Below, one piece after another: positions 37,533-52,616 of a stretch of DNA of 64,000 nt (positions within the stretch are counted from its first letter, which is position 1; each line of letters starts with the position of its first letter). The stretch spans positions 24,924,001-24,988,000 of the forward strand of contig JBHGNT010000003.1 in assembly GCA_043228905.1 (NCBI GenBank). Reading direction: 5' to 3'. The translations under genes and the position numbers were made by a program. The notes beneath the pieces were generated by a model. The model was not told the DNA's origin. It saw only the letters and a list, made by a program, of their open reading frames with translations, and did no database searches. Origin of the DNA: Azolla caroliniana (taxonomy: Eukaryota; Plantae; Polypodiophyta).

Positions 37533-40500
37533 AGCACTTTGACGAAAATACTAAACCTTTGCACAACTTCTTTTTTTTGCCCTTTCGTCCCTTCACACAT
37601 GCCAAATCATGAAATCCACCCCCACCAAACTACAACATCTTGTAATATGTGTGACAAGATTGAGTGTGTCCCATTTTGTTTTACTATGCTCGAGGTGTTG
37701 GATATATTTAGAGGAACACCCCTTAATTTTTCCCAATCTAATTGGCCTCTCATATGCATTCCACATGTGTCATCCCCAATTACTAGGGCAAGATGTGGTG
37801 TCCTCATAGGTTCTATCACATTAATAAGAAAGATGAACATTTATGGGACAAGAAAGTATCCCCCGCCTTGAAGAAAATATGTGTGATTGAAATTACCTTG
37901 TTTCAAGCTTCAAACTTATGCCATCGATTAGCCACAATGTTGGTCTAACTAACCTACAATTAAAGATTTTGTTTAAACTCAATAGTTTCATTTTGGTTCA
38001 ATTTCAATTTGCAATATGAAAACCATATTGCCATCACTATTGTTTTAGCACATGCCATGCACATGCCCTTGAATCTAGATTTTGTATAGAGATCATATAT
38101 GTAATTTAGTATTGTAGTTTCTAAGAATATGGAGCTTACGAAATTGTACGATGTTAAATTTGGGTAAACATTATTATGCAAGACAACATAAAATCTCATA
38201 AGTCATAAGGTCATTCATTAGATTAGATTTTAGGATAGCCCGACACTCTAGTGAATAGAACTCATCATGTCGATCATATGTTAATATGTGATAGAAAAGT
38301 TTGCATATAAATACAACCAAGAGGTTTGTCGGTACTTGAGGGATAATATTTGGTACTAAAGCTTAAATGGATGTAACTTCATAACTTCACTTCCACAAGA
38401 GCCTTAAGTTGAGATGCTTGAGTTTCGGACAACTCAAGTTTCAAGAGAAGTTGAACATGATGACCATAACCTAATAATTTTCCTTGAAGGAATTGTAGTG
38501 TTGTAAATTGCATCACTTAGGAGTGTGTGATTGGTGGATATGTTGAAGGCTATGGTTTGTATGAAAAGATAACTTTGAGCTTATGTTCTATGGCAACATC
38601 AAGTGGACTTTAAGAAACGATGACAAGGGATTCACTTATTTTCAGATACAACTTTTGGTCTAAGGTGGAATTATGTCATACCTTCTTTTTTGTTGCATAG
38701 CCCATAGTTTTTGCTCCACTTCTTTCTTATATGATATCATCTATTTGATCAGATGTTGGTATTAACCTTCATATCACGATAGAAGTGAGATTAAATGTCT
38801 CCTTCTATTTTCTCGATGTGCATTTCTCAAGTAATATACCATGGTGTATCTTTCTTTTAGAATAAAAAAAAAACTTTGAGCTTATGTCACATGCATTTTT
38901 AACTCTGAACATATTGTGATAAAATGTTGAGGTTCTCTAACAGGAACACAAATACATGGCAACCAAAAGTGATTGACTTAGGTCATGAGGTTGAATCTTG
39001 GTGTGTATCTTATAATATTTCTTCATGTACATTAGGCTCAAAAACTAGTTTGTATATGTACATATGTATGTTTCTTTTCTACCAAATGCTTGTGTAAGGT
39101 ACTAGTATCAATCAATGTAGCCACTATGAAATGAGCATGTGGTGATGAGTAGGTTGAAGGTGAGGCATGTATGAGTGCTCCCTACCTTAGGTGAATGGGT
39201 ACTAGGTAGGATATGAGTTCTATCTTTGATAGATTCTCCCCTAGTCTATTGGGGATTTTTTTAAATGACACCATAGAGGTATTGTAGTTGATGTTAGAGT
39301 AATATAGATATATCTTGCCAATAGATGTCCCACTAGGTCTACATTCGATAACCAGTCAATATTAACTGTGTTAGAGATGACAAGAGTTTAGCAATCTGAC
39401 AACACTTTGGATATTGTTGGTGAATGAACAATTTAAGTAGAATAAAGAAGTCATTTGAAGTTTTTTTTTTTCCCAAAAAAGTCATTTTAAGTTTATACAT
39501 AGACACATATGTATGTATATATCGAGCGATATGTTACTGCATTTATGGTATTATGTGTCTATATATATATATATATATATACATATATGTATCTATCTAT
39601 GAATTTCTTCTTCCTTGCTTTAAATAACGAGGTAGGCCATTAAATATTACTCGAAACTCCCAATCACCTATAAACAAGTTTCCAAGATATAAATCTTAGG
39701 TGGTGACATGTGTACATTTCAAAACTATTTGAACATGCTTTCATCAACTATAATGATGGCTTCTCTATTGTCTTACATTGTCATACATTGTCTACAACTA
39801 TCATGATGTATATATATTGTACACCGCTATAGTGATTGTAGTTTGAAACGCTAGTAATCATGATATAATAAATAGATTGGACTATATCTCGAGACAACTT
39901 TGATGAGTCAACTATAACTTTAATGTATTGAACATGCAATCACACGTTGCTAAAATCATTGAAATACCATTTGTATGCACGCATGCATGTGCCAAGGATG
40001 CACTATATTGCATGAACATAATCTTGAGGGCTTGGAATGATGCCAATTAAAATGAAGTGATTATGATAATTACGAAACATTTTGCGCTAATGGAAGTGTA
40101 GATTATGTCAATGTGTGCATGCACCAGCACACAACAACAATGAGCTAATGATGATGTTTTTTGTCAATAATTACATATAAAGTGTTATGTATGAAATAAA
40201 CAACAGGGAGAACTATGAAATAGCCATGACGTCTTCTTTATTTACCTCAAATGCTTGTAGGGTTTCATTATTTCCCTAGATGCGTTGGTCAAACCTATCT
40301 TGATCAATTGTATGTGCTATTCAAGCCATTATATGGTCAAATGGTCAACTCATCCTCTTTTCCTCCCTTTTGAGGGTTGACTGAGGGTACTTGGGTGAAT
40401 AAAGAAAAACATGGTGTATTTCTAAGTTTTTTTAAATGAAAGGGTGTGACACAATGTTATGATTGTTTGGATGTCACATAAAAATTAGTATGATATTAAA

Positions 40501-41302
40501 GTTAGCTAAATGCACAATAACTATGAATGTTGGAGTTTGATGGTAAATTTGAAGTCGCCATATTTTGATATTCTCTATGGGAATGATCCCAGACACATGA
40601 AAAGATTTTAGGAATGTAAGTGATAAAAGGAGAGTCCAACTGAAATGTTATTGTTTCTTCCCGTCCTTTAGTATCTACGTGGTAATTCTTACATCATCTT
40701 TCTCTACCAAATGTACGAGATTGAAGACAATCGTGGCTCAAGTTCTTTTTTTGGGTTTCTCTTCCCAATGTTTGTATGGTCCCAAAAGTGTTGTCAAATG
40801 CTTTGGCTTTGCATAAACTTGAAAATTAAATTAGCCCTCCTTGAATCATGGATAGTACTTGAACGTACATATAGAATTTGAATGCAATTAATATTGGATT
40901 AGCAAAGAAACACGTTACTCTAAAGTTGACCCATAAAGAAAAGCAAGATATGTATGTATAGCCTCTATGTGCAATGATGTGGAATGTGAGGGCAAGTGTA
41001 CATGCAAAAGACGATCATTCCTCTCTAAAATGTATTTCCCAAGATAAATCAATGGCGGATGTTGGCATATGTTGTACTAAGGGTATGAGTGTTGGAGGAC
41101 TCTTCGTTGACTAAAATGGGGGAGGTCCGAGGAAGGCCCTTAAGGAGTCAAGCAAATCCATACACTTAGTGACAAAATGGTCCATCTTTTGAGTTGGAGA
41201 GCTTAAGGCGTGTTAGAGTTGGCCTACCCTCTTCTAGTTGCAAAGCCAAAGCTCTATCTATAATTAGTGGATATAGAATTGCCCACTAACACATCACCTA
41301 GA

Positions 41303-41588
41303 AAATTTCACCTATTCGTACCAAATGGGTCCCAACAACTAGCATGTATGATACATCTCCTTCATGTTTGCGGCTCAATAACATATAGTACACATGATTG
41401 TTGGTAAATAATGAATCTATTATATTTTCCAATTACTTAATCACCTAAATTTCACCTATTCGTATCAAATGGGTTCCAACCACTAGCATGTATGATACAT
41501 CTCCTTTATGTTTGTGGCTCAATAATAGATAATACACATGATTGTTGGTAAATAATGAGTCTATTATTATTTCCAATGACTTAATCAA
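41303..41588. repeat. About 144-bp tandem duplication
   Basis: Two similar copies starting AAATTTCACCTATTCGTA.CAAATGGGT.CCAAC.ACTAGCATGTATGATACATCTCC. Confidence 0.85.
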
Positions 41589-44500
41589 CAATAAATATTG
41601 TTATTAATCAATTTCTAAATACTTAATAGCTTACTCAATTGGATTAAAAGTACAAATTTTTATAAACAATATCATGTTAGTATGTATTGATCAAACATAA
41701 ACATTATGTTGTAAATAGATTATTATAAATTATAATCCTATGAATGGTAACTACCCTACACATCTACTATGATTTGTAATGCAAATGCATTGATTTGTAA
41801 TACTAGTATTGGTTTCATACCCTCATAATGTACAGTAAATATGTTGTATTTTTGTTTACTTGTGTGTCTAGTACTCAAGCACTTCCCTTATTGCATATTA
41901 TGTAACATGTATTTAGGCATAAGGTTGTGAAGCCATAGAATTGTGTCATGGTTGATTGATAAACAACTTATAAGGCTTGTAATGCAATGGCAAGCAAATC
42001 AACTTACAATTTGGTTGGATAACGGGAACTACTCAAGTATAGCAATGTGTGGGTTGTTTATATTGGTGAAGACAAGTCATCATTAGGTGCCAATTGAGTT
42101 CATGTTTACTACGAGTTAGGATGGGACTCTAATCCCTAATTCACACATATAAACACTTAGGATTGTAAAAGTCATTTTTACACCAAGCTTCAATGAAAGT
42201 AGAGATTTTGGCTATCATTTTGTAGCTTACTATAAAATTTTCGAGTTCTTTATATGATATAAGAACATCTTCGTAGTTTTTAAGAATATAGGTTTATTTG
42301 TGAAACTAGCCATGTATTAATATTGGAATTTAAACATTCATTTGATTTCAATTGTTTGTTGGAGCAAAGGGTGTGGCTACACATAACTCACGTATTTTCG
42401 TAACATTGGTCCTATGCTTACGTAGATTGGCACACATTGTGCCCTTAAGATGAGAGACTTGGCAATGTCCAACTTGGAAAAGTTGTGGGAGGTAGGAAAT
42501 TTCGTTTAGCAACAATGATTCCTTTACATTGTAGTGAGAGATGCACTTCACCCTCACCCTCATGATTTAGAGAATGTCAATGTAGTTTTGTCTAGTGAGG
42601 CCTCCCCATTCTCAATTTCAAAATCAGAATGTGCTAATGCAAGATGGTGTTTGCTCTTCTCATGTAAAATGGCATGGGCATAAGTATATGTGGTTGGGCA
42701 CATCTTGTCATTTCTTTGTAGATGTTCTAATGTGTTGGGTTAATGTGAGAGTAGTGCCATTGAGGTTTGTTAATTTTGGTTTACTCATCTAGTTTGTTGG
42801 GACTACATCCATATGTCTTGGTTTCATGTCTGTCATCTGCATGAGAATATCATCGTTCTATAAGTCAAGTAATGTTGCCACATTCTATGTCTTAAACAAT
42901 TTGTGTGTTGGATGCCGAGTAAACTAAGAGAATTTTGCTTTTATTTATCCTCCATATTTAGTTGTTAGAATCCCAATATTTAAAGTGGTATCAATGTGCC
43001 ACCGTGTCATTTACATTAGTCACACACTTGTGGACTCTCATCAGACCCTTTGGTTCCACAGACCTCACCATTGTTTTGAGAGAATCACTTAACGGGGGAT
43101 TGTATGTCTATGCATGTTTGCATGCTCAATTGTGAAAAGGCTCTCTTCTCTCTCTATATACATTCATTTGGTTGAATGATTTCTTTCACATGGCTATCAC
43201 TAATGATGAAGATAGAAATATCAATGTCGTGAAGAGAGAGTGAAAGAGATAAATATAATACACGGGGAAAAGGTAGAGAGTGGGTAGGGTTCAAGTACGT
43301 GCATATCTATGTAAATACATGCATGTGGTTGGTTCATAGAAGAGTTTACATTATTTTCATAGAGTATGTGGACTATTATGGGCGCCTATCTCAAGGTATG
43401 AAGAGTTAGACTTCTCTTCATTTGTGATTATAGTACTTGTTGGTTCTTCTTTCACTATGACATGATGCGTACATGGCTTGAGAACTTATTTATAGGTGCT
43501 TGGAACACCCTCACATATATATTAGAGCATGTTTCAAGTCTTGGTATCCGTCGCCATACTACAAAGTGATGAGAGAAGAGTTAAATGTATGTGTCTATGT
43601 TTGATAACTACATAACTATTGTGTTAAATGTATTGCGTATTTGTGTACATGTTATAATACACAATATATTGCATTTATCAAATGTATTTTTATTACGCAC
43701 TTCCATGGCACACATCTTCAACCAGATGTATAAGAATCAATATTATATTTTTGTGTTAGTCTTTTCAAGAGTTACTTGTGGTAGTTCTTATAATGAGGAG
43801 CTAGGATACAATATTTAGTACTTAAACCTGAGTACTATAGAGTATCAACTTGTAAGCATGCAAGGTCATGAATGCCTATGCGCATGTCATGGTTACACGC
43901 GTGCGCACACACAGTATATATATATATATATATAATATAGATGTATATACACATACAAACAATTATTATATTCTAATAACTCTTAGCTTGTTTTCACAAA
44001 ATTTGATTGTACATTAAAAACTCTTAGGATTTCGCCAATGAATGCTTTGTGCTAGTATCAATGAGGCTTCAACTTTGGCACTTGTTTCTAGATACATTAG
44101 TTTAGGTTCACATAGGGTACAATTTTGGCGTTGTGGTTTTGACAACAAACACAAGAACATCAATTTTGGCCTTGTGGTTTTTTAGAGGTGTAACTCGTAT
44201 TTCCTAATATTACCACTTATAAGAGGGGTATTTTTTAGACTACCCCTATACATGACCCTATGCCTCATTAATATCATTTCATTTAAGAAGAAAATGCTAG
44301 TCCATGTATTGCTACACATGCTCACCCCCATTGGTATCCATATAGAGAAATGACTCTATGAGTTATTACGCATTATCATGTCACTAACATCTATTGGTTG
44401 GTCACATCACAATAGTTTAGAGAGATAACTCTTGCTTGCCTTATTGTGGCTCTCGTATGCAAATTGGAAATGAAATCACTTTATGTTTCGATTCAATCTT

Positions 44501-45769
44501 TTGATGAGTTTATTACCATTGGATCAACTATGTGTCCCTAGCAAGCCTCACAAACCCACACGCATGACTAGTAACATGAAGTTTGGTACACATATACATT
44601 CGCTACTTTTTTGCTTTTTGCTTTTTAGTTTAGAAGATGAGAAATATTTCACTACACCATTTTAGAGCCACCATCAATTGCACTAAATGGATGTCAACTT
44701 GTGTCACAATTAAAGGGCTCCTCGTGTAGGGCATTTGTTGCAAGCAAGGTTTTGTAGCTAGCCCAACTTAAATCAAATCCTTAGTTGGCTCAAATCTCAC
44801 TTGATGGTAAGGTCTGCTTGTGTGAGTAGCATGGGTTGCACTTGCAAGTAAGGCTAAACACATTCAACATCTAAAAGTGATTAGTGCATCCCCAACTTGC
44901 TTAATAACTAGTTGAGGGCCCATGTGGAAAGATTTTTGCAATATAAGGTTGAGATTGTTGTGAGTTAAATGGTTGCAATGGTTATGGAATGTTGGATTAG
45001 TAGTTATGGATCATCGTGTAAAATTGCTTATTAATATTAAAACTTAGTATGACTGTAAGGATTTCTTATATATCAATAGGTTTGTATTGTAAATAATTGA
45101 GTTGTGGCTTGACTATTTAACTTCTTAAATTTGTAGATTTGAAAACCCTTGATGTAGGATTTTACTTGTTGCTTGATATATATAATAATGCAAAGTGATT
45201 TTGCTTGGCAAAATTGGAGTTTCAATGGTTGCTTGGAAGTTAATTTCTTCTGTTGAAAGGCTGAATTTTTATTGCTTGGAAGATCAATCTTGTGTGGCAT
45301 CACAAGTAGATGTCTTCATTGGCCTATACATGTGTGAGGTAAATGAGCTAGTGAGGATTGATGCGGAGCTTGAGGTTATCCATGTGTGTGTGGGGATAAA
45401 CAAATTCTATAATAGGGAAAGAGAACTTTCTGGGCGTGGCAAAGATGTCGTAGAGAGAAAAGTGTGCTTCTTATTCATCAAGGGTGCCAAAACCAAGGGT
45501 AGATGTGGTGTGACTCAAGTTTATATTAGTCAAAATTGAAGCAATGAGATTAAATACATCGGTTTTTTGGGTATCTTTGGTATCAAATGAAGTGAGTGCA
45601 TTGTTGGTAATGTACATATAAAGTGTTACCAATGTGATTAGGTTGGGGCCAATCCAAAAGGGGAACGAATACCTTTCTACGCGAGCATGTGTTTCGTAAG
45701 GTTGAGGTGAGAATCGGGGCACACACACATACACCCCAAATAGTAGTAATGACAAGGGGACGACAAACA

Positions 45770-45930
45770 ATGACAACAACAAACAATGATGACGACTCTC
45801 TTTTTGTCTACATATCAGACTATGAAGACGACCCTCTCTTTTTGTCTACAGATCAAACTATGACAATGACTCTCTTTTTATCAAGGGATCAGGCAATGAC
45901 GAGACTCTCTTTTTGTCTATAGATCTGATG
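45770..45930. repeat. About 36-40-bp tandem repeat (4 copies)
   Basis: ATGA..ACGACTCTCTTTTTGTCTA.AGATCA x4. Confidence 0.75.
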
Positions 45931-46247
45931 GAAAAGGTATGATGACTAGCCGACACAAGGATCTAGAATGGGAAAATGACGGTGTGTGTGTGTGTGTTCA
46001 GATGGTTTTGTCCACTTGAATGTGACCTTCCTCCTCCCCCAACCAATGTGTGTGTCTCTTTCGAGTCCCTTTTCTTTTACAAATTTCAACACAATTGAAT
46101 TCTCTTTGATTTGTTTTTTTTAAAGACCCATGCATGCACATGTATTAAATATGCACACCCCCCCTTCTCTCTCTCTCTCTCTCATGTTTGGTTTATCCAT
46201 TCTCATTGTAGTTCTACTTTTTTTAATCCTTTCATTATCTTCTCATT

Positions 46248-47015
46248 CTCTTGGGTGGTTTTATATAATATATATCCATATCTCGGGTGGTTTTGTTTTT
46301 TTAGTTTAGAGCTCACATACAATAGCATGTTCTTTTTCACCTCGAGTCTCTTGGGTAGAAGTTCCTTTTGCTATTATCAAATATAGTGTTAAATACATAC
46401 ATCCTACATGTTGAGGCTGGCAATTTTGACCTCTTGAGTGGTAGATTTATTATTGAGTTAACTATAGTAGAGTTACTTCTTGGGCGGTTTTTGATATTAT
46501 CAAATTTAGTGTTAATTACATGTATGCTAACCTCTTGGATAGTGGTTTTATTATTGAGTTAACCATAGTAGATCTACTTCTTGGGTGGTTTTTGATATTA
46601 TCAAAATTAGTTCTACTTACATATATGCCACATTCTGAGGCTGGTAATTTTGACCTCTTGAATGGTGGTTTTATTATTTAGTTAGCTATAGTAGGTTTAC
46701 TTCTTGGATAATTTTTGTTACTTACCTAAACATAATATGTTTACCTCTTGGGTGGTGGCTTTTATTATTGAGCTAAGTGTATCTAAGTATATTTAGCTAA
46801 ATATAATATCTGTACCTCTTGGAGGTTTTTTATTACTGCTAGCTTTATTTGATTCTTGAGTGGTTATTTAGCTAAATATAAGATATTTTGTCTCTTAAGG
46901 TAGCTTTAGTTATTTGGCCAAATGTAGCATATTTTATGAGTTGAGGGTGGTGGTTTTATAGTGACATCTCTACTAAGCTATACACTACTTACACATATTG
47001 CCTTTTGGGTGTTTT
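46248..47015 (+). repeat. Array of about 15 degenerate copies of (A)CCTCTTGGGTGGTTTT immediately upstream of the bHLH start
   Basis: Copies near 46248, 46281, 46348, 46428, 46476, 46530, 46576, 46653, 46699, 46743, 46814, 46853, 46891, 46941 and 47000. Confidence 0.7.
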
Positions 47016-47051
47016 ATTTTGTTTTGTTATTGTGGGTACCTAATTATATGG

Positions 47052-48308
47052 ATGGTGATGACCATGAGCTTCCCAAATACAGGCAATACTTGGATTGAAA
47101 GCTCTAATAATAGTGGCACTACTTATAATTATAGTAATGATGCTAGTAGTATTGTTATGAATAGTAATTATGTTGTGATGAATATTGCTACTAACTATTG
47201 TGACATTGTTGATGACAAGTCCCAAATGAGCCCTAACAATAGCAATAATCCTACTATGTTAAGTGGCTCATCATCAATGATTAAGGAGGAGGACAAGTGC
47301 CCAACAAACCCCAATAATAGCAAATTGTCATGTGATAAAGGTAATGATGCTAAGTATAGAAAAAATGAGAACAAGAAGGATATGGATCAATATATTGATC
47401 ATATAAGTAGTAGTAGCACTAGGGGCCATCATGGTGTGATGATACCAATGGTGAGGAGGAAGAAAAGGACTAGGTCTACAATTGCTACTAGTACCACCAC
47501 TATACTTAGGAGGGGTACCAATGTAATGTACAACAACAACAAGAGTAACAAGAAGGTGTTGCATTCTGTTCATCCCCAAGGGGTTGCAGCTCGGAGGAGG
47601 AGGCACAAGATAAGTAGCAAGTTCAAAGTGTTGCAAACTCTCGTCCCAGGGGGAACCAAGATGGACACCGCATCCATGCTCGATGAGGCCATCCAATACA
47701 TCAAATACCTAAGGGACCAAATCCTTCTCCATCAACTCGTCGAAGTCATGACCCACAACTTATGGCACCCCGTGGGTTATAATTGTCCCCATGTGGACCA
47801 ACAACATGGCCCTTTGGTACACAACCCACTGGTGACCCCAGTACATGACCACCAACATCAACCAACTTTGTTGGTTAATGATCAACTAGTTCTCCATGAA
47901 CAACTAGTCCATGAAGAACATGACACTTTACACCAACTTCGACATCAACCCTCACAACTTATAAATATTAACCCCTCTCATGTAAACACTAACACCATTA
48001 ATCCTCAATACCTTCATCATAATGCAATTGATGTTGCACCTAATTACAACATGGATTGCCCTAGATCGATCATCATGTCTAATTGTGCTGATATTGATGA
48101 TGACAACATTCAATCGTTCTCATCTCTCCTTCAATATAAGAATGATATCAATCTTGATAGTGGTCAAGATACTTCAATTGTCCCTAGTGTTAGTAGTGCT
48201 GATATTTATCCTTGTCCATTTAATTATATTCCACCATATCCTATGTATAATGATTATGATGTCGATCTCATTAACACTAATTGGCCAAACTTCAATTACA
48301 CCATATAA
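47052..48308 (+). CDS. bHLH transcription factor, subfamily VIIIa (BONOBO/LAX1/ROX-like); intronless; start at ATG 47052, 47058 or 47064
   Basis: '[53 protein letters not shown]'. The RH.IS..F pattern matches recalled VIIIa (RHRISDRF) rather than HEC/IND (RERISERI). Low-complexity Asn/Ser N-terminus and His/Gln C-terminus. Confidence 0.85.
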   Translation: MVMTMSFPNTGNTWIESSNNSGTTYNYSNDASSIVMNSNYVVMNIATNYCDIVDDKSQMSPNNSNNPTMLSGSSSMIKEEDKCPTNPNNSKLSCDKGNDAKYRKNENKKDMDQYIDHISSSSTRGHHGVMIPMVRRKKRTRSTIATSTTTILRRGTNVMYNNNKSNKKVLHSVHPQGVAARRRRHKISSKFKVLQTLVPGGTKMDTASMLDEAIQYIKYLRDQILLHQLVEVMTHNLWHPVGYNCPHVDQQHGPLVHNPLVTPVHDHQHQPTLLVNDQLVLHEQLVHEEHDTLHQLRHQPSQLININPSHVNTNTINPQYLHHNAIDVAPNYNMDCPRSIIMSNCADIDDDNIQSFSSLLQYKNDINLDSGQDTSIVPSVSSADIYPCPFNYIPPYPMYNDYDVDLINTNWPNFNYTI

Positions 48309-50484
48309 GTTTGTATTAATGTGAAAGCAACCTTGTACAATTTTCCAAAGCTTGCATATAATCTAAATGTAAAATTTTACAATGTAGTGTAGGTTAATGT
48401 TTGCCTAAAACGGCAAGGTATTGTTCATGCAAATTAAACTTCTTGGTCATGACCAACGCATGTCTTGATGTAAAGGATGAACATATATGAAAATGGAGAA
48501 GCCTAAATTGAAAAGCTATGTAAGGTCTATACTTCATGATATTTCAGCTAATCCATGTGCTAAAGAGGTAGATGGATTTTGAGAAACTAAGTTTGAAATC
48601 TTGTGTACAAAGTTTTATATTCCACGATGAGAAAGTAAAAGTAACAAAGAATTTCCTACATATGGATTTTGACACATTGAGTTTGAAAATTTGTGTAAAT
48701 TCATTGCACTCAATATTTTCAGATAAAAAATTGTTGTGCTTGTATTCTTATTGAATGTAACCAAGCAAACACTTTAATGTGACAATGTTTTATAAATATG
48801 GTCGAAAAGTTTTAGGACTATCTAAGTCAAATTAATTGTCAATATTTGGTATTAGGTTGTTTTGAAACGCTATGACCATACGTAAAATACTAAGTATTGC
48901 ATGTAAAATCTGATAGTGAGGCAAACCTAATTTGAAAGTTAATGTAAAGTCTATGTCATTTACATCAAAAGCCTAATTGGAAAAACTATTGTAAAAGGTT
49001 ATATTGACTCCCTAGAAAACATTATTGAAAGTAGTGAAGCATTGTATTAATCTCATGGCGTTAGGTCAACATCTCAAGATGAATAGTTGTGGTTGTCCAT
49101 TTGGAAATAAGTAGCACATGTTTTCCGAACATTGTGATCATTTCCTCTATGTATTACACTCTATCTTGTGCAGTAAAAAATCATACATCCACAAATAGGA
49201 CACAATATTGTAGTATTGCATTAAGCACATGATGTCATGTGTTTGAGGATTTTGATATTGTGTCGTCCGCTTATAGAAAAGAAAGCTCACTCAATATCAT
49301 TAGTGATAACCATACAAAAAATCTTACAAGATGCATGTATAGTGCCTCCAAACATATGAATTAGAATTTCATCATTAACTAGTTTAATTCAGACTCTTAC
49401 ACCCTCATGAGTCGCTATTATATAGTTTCGTGGTAATTCCAAATTCATCATTACATTTTTGCAAAGTACTCAATGAGTTCACCATATCATCACAATTGTA
49501 GAAAATTAGCCATCATGTCAACGCATTAATTACGAGTAACATGTGATCCTTTGAAATTGCATGCAAGGTCTATCTTTATATATCTTTGTGGTCGTGTAAC
49601 AATGTGATTCTTGGAGTATTGAATCCTACTTTCAACCCTAACGAGCCATCGGCTTGGTTTCAAGGTTTGGTATAACCTATTTGGCCTAGTAAAACAATGT
49701 AGCGATATCATTGAAACCAAGTGCAAGATAATCATAATTTATAGGCAAAACTCTGAGTGCTTGAGGAAACTTATGTCGGTTAGATATATAGAGGGCAAAA
49801 TGCCTTTCTACCAAAGGCATTTTGGAAAATAAAAGAAATCTTGAGGACATTCAAGGGGACAAGAAAAAAGTCAAGGGCTATTTCAAGTTTTTTCCTTTAC
49901 ATTTATGAATACTCAAGAAAATCCTCCACTTGCTATACATGTATACTTTTATGTACATGGTCGACATCTGGGATCATATATAGAAATCTTCTATGCATGT
50001 GAATAGAAAGAGACCATCATTGTGCCGGCTTCGTGTTTTCTTTTATTTCTTTTCATACCATGATGTTTGCCCTCATCAAGCTCCCAGGCCTATGGGGGAC
50101 AATACTAACCTATCATATGTGTTACTTTGACCTAAGATTCAAGGTCAAGAAGTCTTCCCGCCCTTTTTTTCCTTGGTTATACGGTACACACAAACGATAT
50201 GGTCAATGTGACTCCTTTTTGCACTCTCTTTCGGGAACAAGGAGGGGAGGGTGGGGGGCATTCTCGAGAATAAAGACAAATGGGGACAAACATCTCGGGA
50301 TTCGTCCGAAAAGCATGTTGAGCGGCCTAAGTACCAACACAAACATGTTTCATGTGACTGTGTAGAGTTTAAACCAAAGTTGATGTTTTGTTTTGCAAGC
50401 TTTTGGATGCAAGAGTTTGTGCTACAAGTGGACCCTCTTAGTTCTCTGAGGTAAGCATATTGTTCTTCATATCTTTTAATTGGC

Positions 50485-50485
<1 letters not shown>

Positions 50486-50525
<40 letters not shown>
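50486..50525. repeat. (GA)n microsatellite
   Basis: Directly visible. Confidence 0.9.
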
Positions 50526-50527
<2 letters not shown>

Positions 50528-51885
50528 TCTTAATCTAGGGACAGGACTGGGAGAATGGATGTATGTTCTTAAAGTGGATGTCCTGGCCGGGCATGTGTGT
50601 GGTTCATGTCGCACGACTTACATGGCTTCAAAGTTTCATTCCGGGACTTCTCTTGTAGGAACATACAGTATAAGTGGAAGAGTAGTCATCCACCTGATTG
50701 GTTGGGAGGTACGATATAATTACGGTGTAATCGTTTAGGCGTACAAAAGTGAAACATATGACCCACAAGATATAATTGCCTATCGAAGTGTTTTCTCTTG
50801 AATTCTCGAAACCATCCATCCATCCAAAGAATTTGGATGACTAAACGAGGGTGGGATGTCGTGGTTCCAACCCTTGTGTCTAGGACGACTAGTGTGTGGA
50901 CACAATTCATGTGGTTCTCGAATATTAAGCTTGTGTCATAGAAGACACAAGGAACCCGAAGAACATGGTTTGGGACATGAGACAGGTGTTCCAGCCAGGA
51001 AAGTGTGGACACAACCAATGTGACTTGTATGTCAAGTTCATGTTGTAATGGAGGGGACATGGCTTAGGAACATGCTCTCAGGACATGGGATGGGCATTCG
51101 ACTCTCGATTCTTGACTCATGACTGGGTATATAACCATGACCAATGCGACTTAAAACGAGGAGGGAAATTAGCCTAGGAACATGCTTTGGGGACTAGGAA
51201 TGGATGTTTGAACCTCAATGTTGAAGCGAAAAAATTGTGGAGAAATCTAGAGTGGCCTTCCTTTCAGGTAGTTAAAAAAACACTACTACATGCTCTCGCA
51301 ACCCAATGAGGAGGAGCACACAATGCTCAAACTAAGAATGCATGAGATGGGGTGAGGTCCAAGTGGTATTGGACAAATGATCTCACTGTTGCTAGGCCTT
51401 GTAATCAAAGTTCACCACAATCACTCACTAGTTATGGTCAAGTTGTTTGTCGAAAATTGCGCTCACCAGCCTTTTTAGCAGCCTTTTACCTTAGGACTCC
51501 TTGCGGGTTTGTTTTGAGTGAAGCTCCAGCCTCCAACAAGGAAATCTATGGCTTCCTACAAAGCTCTGAAAATCTTTAATGAGCTTGAAATGTGTAATCC
51601 ACAATAATGTCTGGGTGAAAGGACAAGACCAAGATGAGACCTTCCTTACACATGAAACTTGTAAAACAAAATAGACCTTGTTATTGAGTTTTATAACAAC
51701 CTTGAAATTCCTTGTATTATATGCTTCAACGTGATAATAAAATAAACATGGTGATGTTTTTGACATCATGGCAAAATTTCATGTGATTTCAGCAATTCAT
51801 GCATTTGCTCTCTTTCTGTAAGTGATTTGTGAATCTTGGAGAGAGAGATTGATTGATTTTATATTTATTTATTTTCAGATAGACC

Positions 51886-52549
51886 ATGCCAAGTGATGAA
51901 TCCCAGGGCAAGTCTTTCGACTTGGGAAATGGATCGAGGTTGTTTTATTTAGAGAATTTCCTAGACCCAACGCTAGCTCATATGTATTTAGAAAGTTTGA
52001 ACAACAAGCTTCCATGGACCCGACCGACTCTGAGCATCTTCGGAAGAAAGTGTGAACAGGTATGGTGAACTAATTCTCTCATCATGTGGACTCGATATTT
52101 ATTTTGGGAAGTAGAGAAGTTTTTGAAGTTTTTGAAAAGGTAATGTCATGGGTTTTGAAGCATTATAACGAGATAATCTTATGATTTGTCTTGAAGTATT
52201 ATTAGCAAAGGTTTTGAAGTATTACAGATTATTTTTCTTGTGACTTTTCAAGAATTATATCATGACTTTGAAGTGTTGCTATTGCTACATTTCTTTCTTT
52301 CTTTTGCAGCCTAGAGAGACTTGCTATGTTGCTAACGAAGGATTGCCTTGCTACAAATACAGTGGTTATGAGCCCACTGTCCACAAATGGGATGACTTTA
52401 AGGATTTGAAGTCTATATTGGATTCGGTATGTTGATGAGCCTTTCTCTGTATATGTATATGTATATGTATATGGATATGGATAATGTATATGTATATGTA
52501 TGTATATGTATGTATATGTATGTATATGTATGTGTATGTGTATATGTTG

Positions 52550-52616
<67 letters not shown>

